DNA of 27,414 bases from Candidatus Thorarchaeota archaeon (GTDB lineage Archaea; Asgardarchaeota; Thorarchaeia; Thorarchaeales; Thorarchaeaceae), in the NCBI GenBank assembly GCA_030642465.1, contig DAOWNS010000001.1, positions 1-27,414 on the forward strand, given 5' to 3'. A program made the translations under genes and the position numbers. The notes beneath the pieces are model-generated. The model saw nothing but the letters and a program-made list of their open reading frames with translations, searched no databases and had not been told where the DNA came from. Each line of letters begins with the position of its first letter. The first letter of the stretch is position 1. Positions 16,677 through 25,644 of this stretch are shown in pieces.

Positions 16677-17945
16677 TTGTTGTTTGATGTTTTGCTCAGC
16701 GAAGAAGAGAAGAAGATTCGTGATGAAGTGCGAGCCTTTGTCCGCGATAAGGTCGACCGCACACTCATTCTAAGAATGGACAGCAAGGAGAAGGAGTACC
16801 CCTCTGAATTCGTAACGGCAGCTGGAAAGGAGAATCTTCTTGGACTCAGATTTCCCAAAAAGTATGGCGGCCGAGGTCTGGGTTGGGTTTCCGAAATGTT
16901 GGCTGTTGAAGAGGTAGGCGTGCTTGGTATTGCACTCGGTTGTGCATATTCTCTACCAAGCATAGTCGGAGAGGGGATACACAAATTCGGCACAGAGGAA
17001 CAGAAGGTCAATTACCTTCTTCCAACTCTTCAAGGGACGAAAATCGGGGGCGAAGGACTCACAGAGCCCAGAAGTGGTTCGGACTTCTTTGGAACGATAA
17101 CTACCGCAGTCAAAGAAAAAGACTCATTCATACTAAATGGTGAGAAGCGCTTTGTAGCAGGGGGCGTAGGTGCAGACTACTTCCTGATTTATGCTAAGAC
17201 CAGCTTTGAAGCCAAACCGCATGAATCCCTCAGTGCATTTTTGGTCGATCGTGATGATGGGGTCAGAGTCGAGGAAGAGTATGAGCTCATGGGTTGTCGA
17301 GGCATGGGTGCAGCAAGAATAGTCATGGAAAACATTGAGATTCCAGAAGCGAACCTTCTTGGAAAACTGAACGGTGGGAATGATGTATTTAATGCCATGA
17401 TGGTGCCAGAACGTCTAACCTCTGCAAGTGGTGCTGTCGGAATGGGGATAGCGGCGCTGGAGATAGCTGTTAGGTACGCTCACAAGAGGGAGGCTTTTGG
17501 CAGAGCGATCCGGCGATTCGAGGGAATAAGCTTCAAGGTGGCCGATTGTGCAACTGAACTTGATGCAGCGCGTGGTTTAATCTATCGTGCCGCGAAGGTT
17601 GCTGACACGGGTAAGTGGTGCCGCAAGGAGGTTTCTCAGGCAAAGACATTCTGTACCGAGGCAGGATTTCAAGCAGTGAGTGAAGCAATGCAGATTCTTG
17701 GAGGAATCGGTTACACAGATGTCTACCCCATCGAGCGTTTATTCCGTGACGCTCGCCTTGCGACGATCTGGACTGGCAGCAATGAGGTTCAGAGGCTTAT
17801 TGTTCAGAACGAGGTTTTCAAGGAGATTCTCTCAGAAGACCGCTCACTGAAGCGCGATGTTGAGTTGGATACTCCGGGGGCACACAAGACGGCTGAGAAA
17901 GTGTACACTGAAGACCCAAAGAAGTACTATCCGGACAAGAGCTGA
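16677..17945 (+). CDS. Acyl-CoA dehydrogenase
   Basis: PKKYGGRG, GLTEPRSGSD, LNGEKRF, REAFG, AMQILGGIGY, ERLFRDAR, TIWTGSNEVQR. TTG start after GAGGT. Confidence 0.93.
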   Translation: MLFDVLLSEEEKKIRDEVRAFVRDKVDRTLILRMDSKEKEYPSEFVTAAGKENLLGLRFPKKYGGRGLGWVSEMLAVEEVGVLGIALGCAYSLPSIVGEGIHKFGTEEQKVNYLLPTLQGTKIGGEGLTEPRSGSDFFGTITTAVKEKDSFILNGEKRFVAGGVGADYFLIYAKTSFEAKPHESLSAFLVDRDDGVRVEEEYELMGCRGMGAARIVMENIEIPEANLLGKLNGGNDVFNAMMVPERLTSASGAVGMGIAALEIAVRYAHKREAFGRAIRRFEGISFKVADCATELDAARGLIYRAAKVADTGKWCRKEVSQAKTFCTEAGFQAVSEAMQILGGIGYTDVYPIERLFRDARLATIWTGSNEVQRLIVQNEVFKEILSEDRSLKRDVELDTPGAHKTAEKVYTEDPKKYYPDKS

Positions 17946-18028
17946 AACCTCGACTTATGTGCTAGACGCACAGATTCTTAAGCGCGCTTCACCATAGTTA
18001 AGATAGAATTTCTATTGAGGTATTCAAT

Positions 18029-18196
18029 ATGGCAAAGCTAGTTTGTAAGAAATGTGGGTTCGAATCCACAGTCCCTATGCATTGCGGACAGGAGATGCAC
18101 CAAGAAGGCAAGGATTTAGTATGCTGGATGGGGCCGGGATGTGGCAGTGAAGCAATCCCGCAGCACTGTGACGAAATCATGGACGTAGTTGTGTAA
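18029..18196 (+). CDS. 55-aa Cys/His-rich microprotein with tandem desulforedoxin-like/zinc-ribbon units (not in ORF track)
   Basis: Manual translation MAKLVCKKCGFESTVPMHCGQEMHQEGKDLVCWMGPGCGSEAIPQHCDEIMDVVV. GAGGT SD upstream; ends 18 nt before the nitroreductase start. Confidence 0.8.
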   Translation: MAKLVCKKCGFESTVPMHCGQEMHQEGKDLVCWMGPGCGSEAIPQHCDEIMDVVV

Positions 18197-18214
18197 TCTT
18201 CCGGAGGCAATCGT

Positions 18215-18757
18215 ATGCTTCTAGACTTGATTGAAAAAAGGAAGAGTGGCAGAGCGTTCTCTGAAAAACCAGTGTCCGCTGAGGCGCTTGAATCAATCCT
18301 CGAGGCGGGTCGCAAGGCTCCATCTTGCGGAAACACTCAGGCATGGAACTTTATCGTGATTAAAGACCCTAAAGTAAGAGCGCAGGCAAATACTGCGATG
18401 TCAAGGGGAAACTACTGGGCTGAAAGGGCTCCTGTAATGATACTCGTTGCGTCTCGTCCTGAGGGAGGTTGTCCCGCACATGGCCAACCATACTACATGA
18501 TGGACGTCGGTCTTGCAGTAGAGAATATGTTGCTTCAAACCGTTCATCTTGGATTAATGGGGCACCCTACTGCCGGTTGGAAAGAGGACAATCTCAAAGA
18601 ACTCACGGGCATTCCGGACGACTACAGGATAGCTGCTGTTGTCTTCATCGGATATGAGGGTAGTCCGGATCATCTTGACGAGAAGAACAAAGAACGAGAA
18701 AAGACACGAACGCCACGAAAGGCGTTGGACGAGATTGTTCACTACGATAAGTGGTAG
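18215..18757 (+). CDS. Nitroreductase family protein
   Basis: RKSGRAFS, APSCGNTQAWNF, DVGLAVENMLL, GLMGH, RKALDEIV. Confidence 0.93.
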   Translation: MLLDLIEKRKSGRAFSEKPVSAEALESILEAGRKAPSCGNTQAWNFIVIKDPKVRAQANTAMSRGNYWAERAPVMILVASRPEGGCPAHGQPYYMMDVGLAVENMLLQTVHLGLMGHPTAGWKEDNLKELTGIPDDYRIAAVVFIGYEGSPDHLDEKNKEREKTRTPRKALDEIVHYDKW

Positions 18758-18844
18758 TGACGCCAGAGGACCACTTCAGTCCATTTCGATGGCAAGGATT
18801 ATCAGCCTTTGAAGTCGAACCCTCGTCACTAGGTGTGCGCCTTG

Positions 18845-19210
18845 ATGCAACTCGAATCATACACGGATGCGCTCTACGGCATCCCATCCCTCTTCGTGGG
18901 TTTTGGACTTGGATACATGGTGGGGGGTATGAAGAGCCTCAAATCATCGGATAGGTTACTGCTAGGCCTTGCATCAAGTACCATCGGAGGATTAGCCATA
19001 GTTCTTGCACTTACGGCATTTCTCCCATTTTCATCTCCAGGGGTTATCCTGAGCATCTTAGCTTTTGGAGGAGGCTTCATTTTCGGGGCGGGAACGCATT
19101 GGGATGCTCCTGCAAAACCGAAACCCAAATCTCACATCATCTATGAACCCGAGGATGATGACGAGTTTGACAGAGAAGTTGAGAAAGTGTTTGAACCGGA
19201 CAATCAATGA
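18845..19210 (+). CDS. Small multi-pass membrane protein with acidic C-terminal tail
   Basis: Three hydrophobic Gly-rich segments, then YEPEDDDEFDREVEKVFE. ATG 18845 preferred. Confidence 0.7.
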   Translation: MQLESYTDALYGIPSLFVGFGLGYMVGGMKSLKSSDRLLLGLASSTIGGLAIVLALTAFLPFSSPGVILSILAFGGGFIFGAGTHWDAPAKPKPKSHIIYEPEDDDEFDREVEKVFEPDNQ

Positions 19211-19286
19211 GGGTGCTGGACTCTTTATGTCACCACTAAAGAGAAATAACTGGGGTTGCGATAGATAGATAGGCTATTCCACAGGA

Positions 19287-20525
19287 GTGTTTCTCGAATT
19301 GAAGAAGACGCTACCACATCTACTGATGACGATATTTGTCACTTGTGTGCTCTGGTCTGTCGTAGTAATTCCATCTCAGGCTCAGCCAGCGGGTTGGAGC
19401 GGAAATGATGAGCTGGCTTTTCTACTTGAGATCAATGGAGTATCCGCAGCTGACTCCGACGTGGAGAATCCCATTCCGGTTGATCTAGCAGATGACGTGA
19501 CCATGGGACTGTCAATTGCCGTGGGCTCAGACATTCACATTTACGGTGCTGTTTTCAAGTTCGAGTATCTCAGCATTCCTGTCTTCAGCCAAGACATTCC
19601 AATTGACACGCCTGTATTTGCTCCATATGTGGGTAGTCTACTCAATGAAACATATCCTCTTGCTGATATGATCCCCAGCAACGTCAGTCTCATCTCAGGG
19701 ACCATTTCGGGGAGTTTCTCCTTTACTTATGCACTCCTCTCTGACATGAGCACCAACAAGACCAGCTATGACGATTTCGTACTGAGGATTGGTCCGACAG
19801 GGTTGGCTGCGGTCTTTTCAATTAGCGGCATGATTACGCTGGGTTTCACACTCATGTCAATTATCAGTATACTCTTCTCCCTTGACGAATTCCAGGGTGA
19901 CATCCTAGCTGCGAGAAAGATGAGAAGAGCAAACAGCGCGGCTGATGTTGGTATCTTCCCACGGGCGGTAGTACTCAGACGCAGGCGGCAGAAGGAAAGT
20001 CGAGAAACCTTGAGTGAGAACGAGATTGTCCAACTTGTCAGCCAGGCTGCCAGCAAGGTCTGGGATGGCAAGAGATGCCCTCAGTGTGGAAAGAAGTGGA
20101 AGTCGCAACTGCCCTTCTGCAAGAAGTGCGGCATTAGTCGCGAGGCTGGAAGGCTTCATTTCTCACAGGATATCGCAGAATGCGCACCCAAAGCGTTGAA
20201 GGCGGTTCCATATGGAGGAAAGGTCACAGTTGGCAAGTTCTGCAAGCGCGTGAAGCTCAAGCCGGCAAAGGGTGGTGCACTTGCCGCGGCCCTTACAGAG
20301 ATGAAAGTATTCCAAACAAAGGATGTCAAGGTGCCGATGAGGAAGTTGATGTTCGCAGGGATGACAGTTGCCGGGATTTACATGAGCTGGTTGCAGATGC
20401 TAGGCGGTGCGATTCCCACACTCATCGATATTGCGATTATGATGGCCGGTGGCCTCGCCGTATCAGTGCTTCTCGCATTACTCATGAAGTGGCTTGCACG
20501 TATTCCTCCATTTGGCTATGATTAG
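19287..20525 (+). CDS. Membrane protein: signal peptide, extracellular domain, TM, cytoplasmic Zn ribbon, two C-terminal TMs
   Basis: SQA-QP cleavage-like site, CPQCG...CKKCG, hydrophobic segments. Start could be TTG 19299. Confidence 0.75.
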   Translation: MFLELKKTLPHLLMTIFVTCVLWSVVVIPSQAQPAGWSGNDELAFLLEINGVSAADSDVENPIPVDLADDVTMGLSIAVGSDIHIYGAVFKFEYLSIPVFSQDIPIDTPVFAPYVGSLLNETYPLADMIPSNVSLISGTISGSFSFTYALLSDMSTNKTSYDDFVLRIGPTGLAAVFSISGMITLGFTLMSIISILFSLDEFQGDILAARKMRRANSAADVGIFPRAVVLRRRRQKESRETLSENEIVQLVSQAASKVWDGKRCPQCGKKWKSQLPFCKKCGISREAGRLHFSQDIAECAPKALKAVPYGGKVTVGKFCKRVKLKPAKGGALAAALTEMKVFQTKDVKVPMRKLMFAGMTVAGIYMSWLQMLGGAIPTLIDIAIMMAGGLAVSVLLALLMKWLARIPPFGYD

Positions 20526-20577
20526 ATTGCAATCGAGTGCGCAATCGTTCGTCTTAAGAAAGGATTCGTGAAAATCG

Positions 20578-21321
20578 ATGAATGACCTGACTGAAACGCA
20601 TTCAGCAGCATGGGAGAATGATGAGGTTAGAGTCGATGTACTCTTCAGTGCAGCAGGTGTGGCGACAAATATCGTCATAGTATCGAAGTTCAGTGGCAAG
20701 ATTCTGCTTGCTGACGTTGGTGATGGTACACTTCGAGACCTGCTTTCTCAGGGCAGTCTGGATTTTGTAAATGAGCTGAACCTGATTGTGATAACTCACG
20801 GGCACTTCGACCATATGGGTGGCCTGTACTCACTTCTCGGATTCTTGCGGATGTTGAAACGATCCACCCCTCTCGATATACTAATCCCGAAGGGATGCAA
20901 AGAAGTGTCAAGTACAATAAGAGTATTCAAGGACAGCTATTGTGATACGCTTCCGTTCCAAATTAGAGTCCAGGAGATGGGGCATGATTCAGAGTTCCAC
21001 ACTGACTTCTTTCACGTTCGTTCGCTGGAAGTGGAACACTTTGGATCGGAGAATGCCACTGGGCACGATGTTTTGATGCCCGCTCTTGGATATAGAATGA
21101 GTGTCGGTGAAACAGTTGTCGCATTCACAGGTGATAGTAGAATGTGTCCCGTTCTGGAGGAAGTCGTAAAGGACGCTGACTTGGCCTTGATCGAAGCAAC
21201 AGGAGGTACTAGCGCTGAAGCTGGTCTAAAGGTTCATCTCACAGAAGACGAAGCGAAACAGCTTGGATCCTTGGCTAGAAACCACCTGCTAATTCATAGA
21301 ATACCGAAAATCGAGAGTTGA
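20578..21321 (+). CDS. Metallo-beta-lactamase fold hydrolase (RNase Z/BN-like)
   Basis: DVGDG, THGHFDHMGG, EVEH, FTGDS, IEAT, HLT. Confidence 0.85.
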   Translation: MNDLTETHSAAWENDEVRVDVLFSAAGVATNIVIVSKFSGKILLADVGDGTLRDLLSQGSLDFVNELNLIVITHGHFDHMGGLYSLLGFLRMLKRSTPLDILIPKGCKEVSSTIRVFKDSYCDTLPFQIRVQEMGHDSEFHTDFFHVRSLEVEHFGSENATGHDVLMPALGYRMSVGETVVAFTGDSRMCPVLEEVVKDADLALIEATGGTSAEAGLKVHLTEDEAKQLGSLARNHLLIHRIPKIES

Positions 21322-21338
21322 AACCAGACAAAGGGATG

Positions 21339-22376
21339 CTAAGGCGTCGGGAAGAACGGATTAAGAATGACAAATGCAATCACACCGAAGATTGCAGAGA
21401 TGGGCACGGTGACCACCCAAGAAATCAGAATATCCTTGACCTGTTTCATCTGGATGGGCCCTCGGGACACCCAACCAACCGCTATCAGTGCGGATACCAA
21501 GACATGAGTACCACTAAGTGGCAATCCTAAGTATGTCCCCACAAACATAACAAGGGCAACTGAAATGCTGGCGGACAAGGCTGATGTAGGTGAAAGAGTT
21601 ACGACCTCAGTAGCAAGGGTCTTGATGACCTTGCGGCCCACGACAATCAGACCAAGCCCCATCCCAATCCCTCCGATGAGAAGTGGGACCATGACGCCTG
21701 GAATTACAAATGGTCCGAGATAGAATGGTACTTGGAAGTCAGGCAGTGCTACAAGAGGAGCTACTGCATTGGCCACGTCGTTGCCGCCTCTGCTCAGAGC
21801 TGTAATAACAAGGAACAGCGCTAGTCCATAGGATGCTACATGTTCCTGCCTTTCGCGATCTGCATAGCCTTTCGCACGCCTTTGAAATTTCCTGACCACG
21901 TGAAATATAGCGGCGCTAATTACAAAACCCACTATAGGGGACACCACCCAGCCTCCGAGGATTTGCAGTATGACTAACCAATCAATTGCTTCAATGCCCC
22001 ACCCCTCTTCTCCAAGAAAAGGTGCTACTGCTGCCACGCCGATGACGGCTCCTACTATGCACTGAGTCGTGCTTATTGGAAGTCCTTTTGACACAGAAGC
22101 CACCAATAGCCATATCGCCATTGAAATCATTATGGCGAAGACCATCGCAATGCTCATCTCATTTCCACTAACAAGGTCGGAGCCAACCTTCTCTGACACT
22201 CCTCCCCCCAGAAGAGTAGCGCCAATAACATTGATTACCGCTCCAAGCAAAACAGCCGTCGTGACAGAGAAGACCCTCGCACCCACTGCTGGAGCCATGG
22301 TTTCATCATTAGCTCCTATTGCAAATGCAACGATGAAACCGACGACCAAGAGGGCTATGAGTAAGAGCAAATCCAA
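21339..22376 (-). CDS. Inorganic phosphate transporter, PiT family
   Basis: GAND and GGNDVANAV signature repeats, PISTTQ, PLSGTH. TTG start. Confidence 0.92.
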   Translation of the reverse strand: MDLLLLIALLVVGFIVAFAIGANDETMAPAVGARVFSVTTAVLLGAVINVIGATLLGGGVSEKVGSDLVSGNEMSIAMVFAIMISMAIWLLVASVSKGLPISTTQCIVGAVIGVAAVAPFLGEEGWGIEAIDWLVILQILGGWVVSPIVGFVISAAIFHVVRKFQRRAKGYADRERQEHVASYGLALFLVITALSRGGNDVANAVAPLVALPDFQVPFYLGPFVIPGVMVPLLIGGIGMGLGLIVVGRKVIKTLATEVVTLSPTSALSASISVALVMFVGTYLGLPLSGTHVLVSALIAVGWVSRGPIQMKQVKDILISWVVTVPISAIFGVIAFVILNPFFPTP

Positions 22377-22393
22377 GTGAAACGGTCCTCCGT

Positions 22394-23080
22394 TTAGGAG
22401 TATTTGATCACGATGGTACGAATGAAGTCGGCTGTTAGCTCAGCTTGTATAGCCACCTCTGTGATTCGCCTTGAAATAACGTGGTAGAACAAGCCTTCCG
22501 ATGGATCGAACTCCTTACCACGAAACACCTTCTTGTGGAGCTGAAACTTCAGGTCTCGTGCATCCTCTCTAACGATACTCACTTTTCGTGCGTACTTCAG
22601 AGCTTTTTCAAAATCAGTAAATATGTACTTGATTGCGTCTTGAAGGAGGTCAGTGCACATCCAAGACTTTTCAGCCATCTCAACAATAACTTCCAGTGGC
22701 TTATTCTTGTATCCAAGTGCCAGCACACGGACCGCTTCTTCTGCGGCATCAATGATACTGTCCATGTGAATGACAAGCTGGTATCGTTCCTGCGACTGTT
22801 GAGGCATATATGCGTGCTTCGAGAAGATGCTCTCTACGAATTCATCCTTGATAGAGTCGGATTCCCTCTCTAATTTGACAACCTCATCTCTGATTTCCTT
22901 GAGAGTTTCGATATCATCTTTCAACCATGCCTTTGCGCCGACATGCAACTTGGCACTAGCTGATTGAAGTGCCTTACCCAGCTGCAACAGGAGATCAGCA
23001 GCCTTCTTTTGGAGGTCCTTATCTCCGCCGCCAAATAGCCTAGAGTACGTACCTTTTCCCATAGTCTTCACAAATCCCAT
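22394..23080 (-). CDS. DUF47/PhoU-like phosphate transport regulator
   Basis: LERESDSIK...MDSIIDAAE helical repeats; directly upstream of PiT, the classic gene pair. Confidence 0.85.
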   Translation of the reverse strand: MGFVKTMGKGTYSRLFGGGDKDLQKKAADLLLQLGKALQSASAKLHVGAKAWLKDDIETLKEIRDEVVKLERESDSIKDEFVESIFSKHAYMPQQSQERYQLVIHMDSIIDAAEEAVRVLALGYKNKPLEVIVEMAEKSWMCTDLLQDAIKYIFTDFEKALKYARKVSIVREDARDLKFQLHKKVFRGKEFDPSEGLFYHVISRRITEVAIQAELTADFIRTIVIKYS

Positions 23081-23152
23081 TCAGATGCAGGGGCCTGTCT
23101 GTCTGCTGAGGATGTCAAAGGACAAATAGACCTTTCGAATAGACTAACAGGG

Positions 23153-24925
23153 CTAATCCAGTATTGCTCTGATTCGGATTATGCCAGCCCCAATCTTCTT
23201 CTGTTTCGCGATTTTGAAGTGACCTAGAACTCCCGTATGCTCAACATGAGGCCCTCCACAGAGTTCCACGCTGAAGTCGCCCGCTCTGTACACAGATACT
23301 GTTTTGCCGTAGGTTTCTTTGAAAAATGCCAGTGCGCCCTGACTGATAGCTTCATCGAACATCATGAATGTCTGAGTGATCTCCATGTTTCCTGCAATTA
23401 CATTGTTCACGAGATCCTCAACCTGTTGAACCTCTTCCGGTGTCAATTTCCTGTCAAACGCAAAGTCGAATCGAAGGCGTTCCTTTGTAATGTTGCTGCC
23501 CGTTTGGCTTACCCTGTCACCGAGGACCTTTCTAAGAGCAGCCTGCAGAAGATGAGTTGCTGTGTGGAGTTTTGTGATTTCCTCGCTGTGGTCTGCCAGA
23601 CCTCCCTTGAACTTGCCTTCTGTTGCAGTTCGGGATATTGCTCGGTGTTGCTCGAACTCCTTTCGGAACTCCTTCATGTCTATCTTGATGCCTTTCTCTT
23701 CAGCCAGGTCTCTGGTCATTTCAAGGGGGAGTCCGAAGCTCGTGAATAGAAGAAACGCGTCACTACCGGTAATCGTACCTGTTTCATTGAGAATCCTGTC
23801 GAATTTTCTGAGTGCTTTGCCAAGTGTCTTCCTGAACTTCGCCTCCTCTGCTTCAAGATTCTGCATGATGAAATCCCGATTTCTCTCAACTTCATCATAC
23901 ACGCTTCTGTACATTTCAATAACAATCTGAGCAAGGTCCTTCATGAATCCCTGTTGGATTCCAAGTCTATCTGCGCTGTGGATGCTTTTCCGCAAGAGTC
24001 GACGAACTATGTAACCCTGTTCCACATTGGACGGTGAAATCCTGCGGTCATCCGCCATAATCATCACCGCGGACCGCACGTGGTCGACGATAGTCCTGAT
24101 CAAACGGATATCTTCGTCTGTGAGACTCTCTTCCCCTGTGAATTCTATGACCTTCTCCACAAGGGGTGCAACTAGCTCAATCTCGTAAATAGTGGATTTC
24201 CCTTGAAGCATGGCTATAGTACGTTCGAGTCCCATCCCCGTGTCAACGTTCTTCTTCTCTAGCAGTTCGTATGTCCCGTCAGCCATCTTGTTGTACTGCA
24301 TGAAGACATCGTTCCAGACTTCGAAATAGTGGCCGCATCCACATCCCGGCCTGCAATTTGCTCCACATTTGGGAACCGTATCGACCTCGATAAACATCTC
24401 GGTGCACGGTCCACATGGACCAGTCGCTCCTGCTGGACCCCACCAGTTATCCTCCCTAGGCAGGGCAAAGATGCGTTCCTCCGGAATATTCAGTGTCATC
24501 CATATCTTGACTGATTCATCATCACGTGGCGCGTTGTCATCGCCCTCGAAGACAGTCACTGATAGCTTCTCTGGATTGAATCCCAGCCATTTCTTGGAGG
24601 TGAGGAACTCGTAACTCCACGTTATGGCCTCCTCTTTCCAGTAGTCCCCCAGACTCCAATTGCCCAGCATCTCGAAGAACGTGAGATGTGTAGGATCGCC
24701 AACCTCATCGATATCAGTAGTTCTGATGCACTTTTGACAGTTGGCTAGTCGTTTGCCTTGAGGGTGGGGTTGACCTAGAAGATATGGTACTAACGGGTGC
24801 ATGCCCGCCGTTGTGAAGAGTACTGTGGGATCATTCTCAGGCAGCAACGAAGCAGAACTCATTATGGCATGCTTTTTCTGCCTGAAGAACGCCAAGTACT
24901 TCTTTCGCAATTCGATAGCGAGCAT
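23153..24925 (-). CDS. alaS: Alanine--tRNA ligase, short form (no C-Ala domain)
   Basis: LFTTAGMHP, HLTFFEMLGNWS, GPCGPCTE, DTGMGLER, YIVRRLLR, editing-site HTATHLL and ELCGGPHV. Confidence 0.95.
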   Translation of the reverse strand: MLAIELRKKYLAFFRQKKHAIMSSASLLPENDPTVLFTTAGMHPLVPYLLGQPHPQGKRLANCQKCIRTTDIDEVGDPTHLTFFEMLGNWSLGDYWKEEAITWSYEFLTSKKWLGFNPEKLSVTVFEGDDNAPRDDESVKIWMTLNIPEERIFALPREDNWWGPAGATGPCGPCTEMFIEVDTVPKCGANCRPGCGCGHYFEVWNDVFMQYNKMADGTYELLEKKNVDTGMGLERTIAMLQGKSTIYEIELVAPLVEKVIEFTGEESLTDEDIRLIRTIVDHVRSAVMIMADDRRISPSNVEQGYIVRRLLRKSIHSADRLGIQQGFMKDLAQIVIEMYRSVYDEVERNRDFIMQNLEAEEAKFRKTLGKALRKFDRILNETGTITGSDAFLLFTSFGLPLEMTRDLAEEKGIKIDMKEFRKEFEQHRAISRTATEGKFKGGLADHSEEITKLHTATHLLQAALRKVLGDRVSQTGSNITKERLRFDFAFDRKLTPEEVQQVEDLVNNVIAGNMEITQTFMMFDEAISQGALAFFKETYGKTVSVYRAGDFSVELCGGPHVEHTGVLGHFKIAKQKKIGAGIIRIRAILD

Positions 24926-25026
24926 TCAGTTTCACCTACTTGTAGAAACAAAGGTTTCTCAATGAGCATCTCCGAATTCATTTTAATGGTTCTGCTGCAG
25001 GCCAGTAATCTATGGACATCTGATAT

Positions 25027-25524
25027 CTACCTGAGTATTAGCCCAGAGGGCGTCATTCTATACTTAATCAGTCTGGATTGCAGCCATGGGAATCTGTTGA
25101 GAAAGCCAAGGAATCTGTCATTGCTTACAATATCTGCATTGTTGCTCTGAGCGAGTTTTATCACGGTAAGATCATCGTCAGTGCCGCGCGGTGCTTCAGT
25201 CACATCTCGTTTCGCAATCATTTCTTGTAGAATTTCTGGGTTGTCTATTTTATGCTTGAGAGCAGCTGATACAACTATAATCGATCTCAGGCCGGCCTTT
25301 AGAAGGCTACTCTGGGCGAGGACAAGATTACCAACTCGTGGTACTCCGTTCGGAGAGAGATGATGGGCTACATTGTTTCCATCCACTACAACCACTTTTC
25401 TAGTCCCTCTTATCTCCCCTCGATTTGTTGTACGAGCCCTACATTTGCGAATGTGGTCGTCAAGCCTGTCACGAGTGAACAATCTGTCACAGTGGGGGCA
25501 TCGCGCTCTCTTTGGCAATAGCAT
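25027..25524 (-). CDS. NYN/PIN (Zc3h12a/Regnase-type) ribonuclease with N-terminal C2HC zinc finger
   Basis: VVVDGNNVA, DDDL, IVSNDRF acidic active-site motifs; CPHC-x11-H-x3-C. ATG 25524 after GAGG. Confidence 0.85.
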   Translation of the reverse strand: MLLPKRARCPHCDRLFTRDRLDDHIRKCRARTTNRGEIRGTRKVVVVDGNNVAHHLSPNGVPRVGNLVLAQSSLLKAGLRSIIVVSAALKHKIDNPEILQEMIAKRDVTEAPRGTDDDLTVIKLAQSNNADIVSNDRFLGFLNRFPWLQSRLIKYRMTPSGLILR

Positions 25525-25644
25525 CAGCCTCAATTACTTGTTCTGTTTGAAAGGCGCTCTGTATGCTTTTATGAATAGTCTGCTGGGTGCATAACGCCGA
25601 ATTTTGCTTTTTTGCGCAAAAAGTTCATTGCCAAGAAAAGCTGC

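Noticed and set aside
18053-18070. tRNA T-arm-like TGTGGGTTCGAATCCACA
   Set aside because: Stem register does not give a canonical 5-bp/7-nt T arm, no acceptor, D or anticodon arms fold around it, and it lies within the Cys-rich microprotein ORF.
20525-20546. GATTGCAATC palindrome plus GCAATC repeat upstream of the MBL gene
   Set aside because: A 10-bp palindrome overlapping a stop codon, with no second copy seen; compatible with chance.
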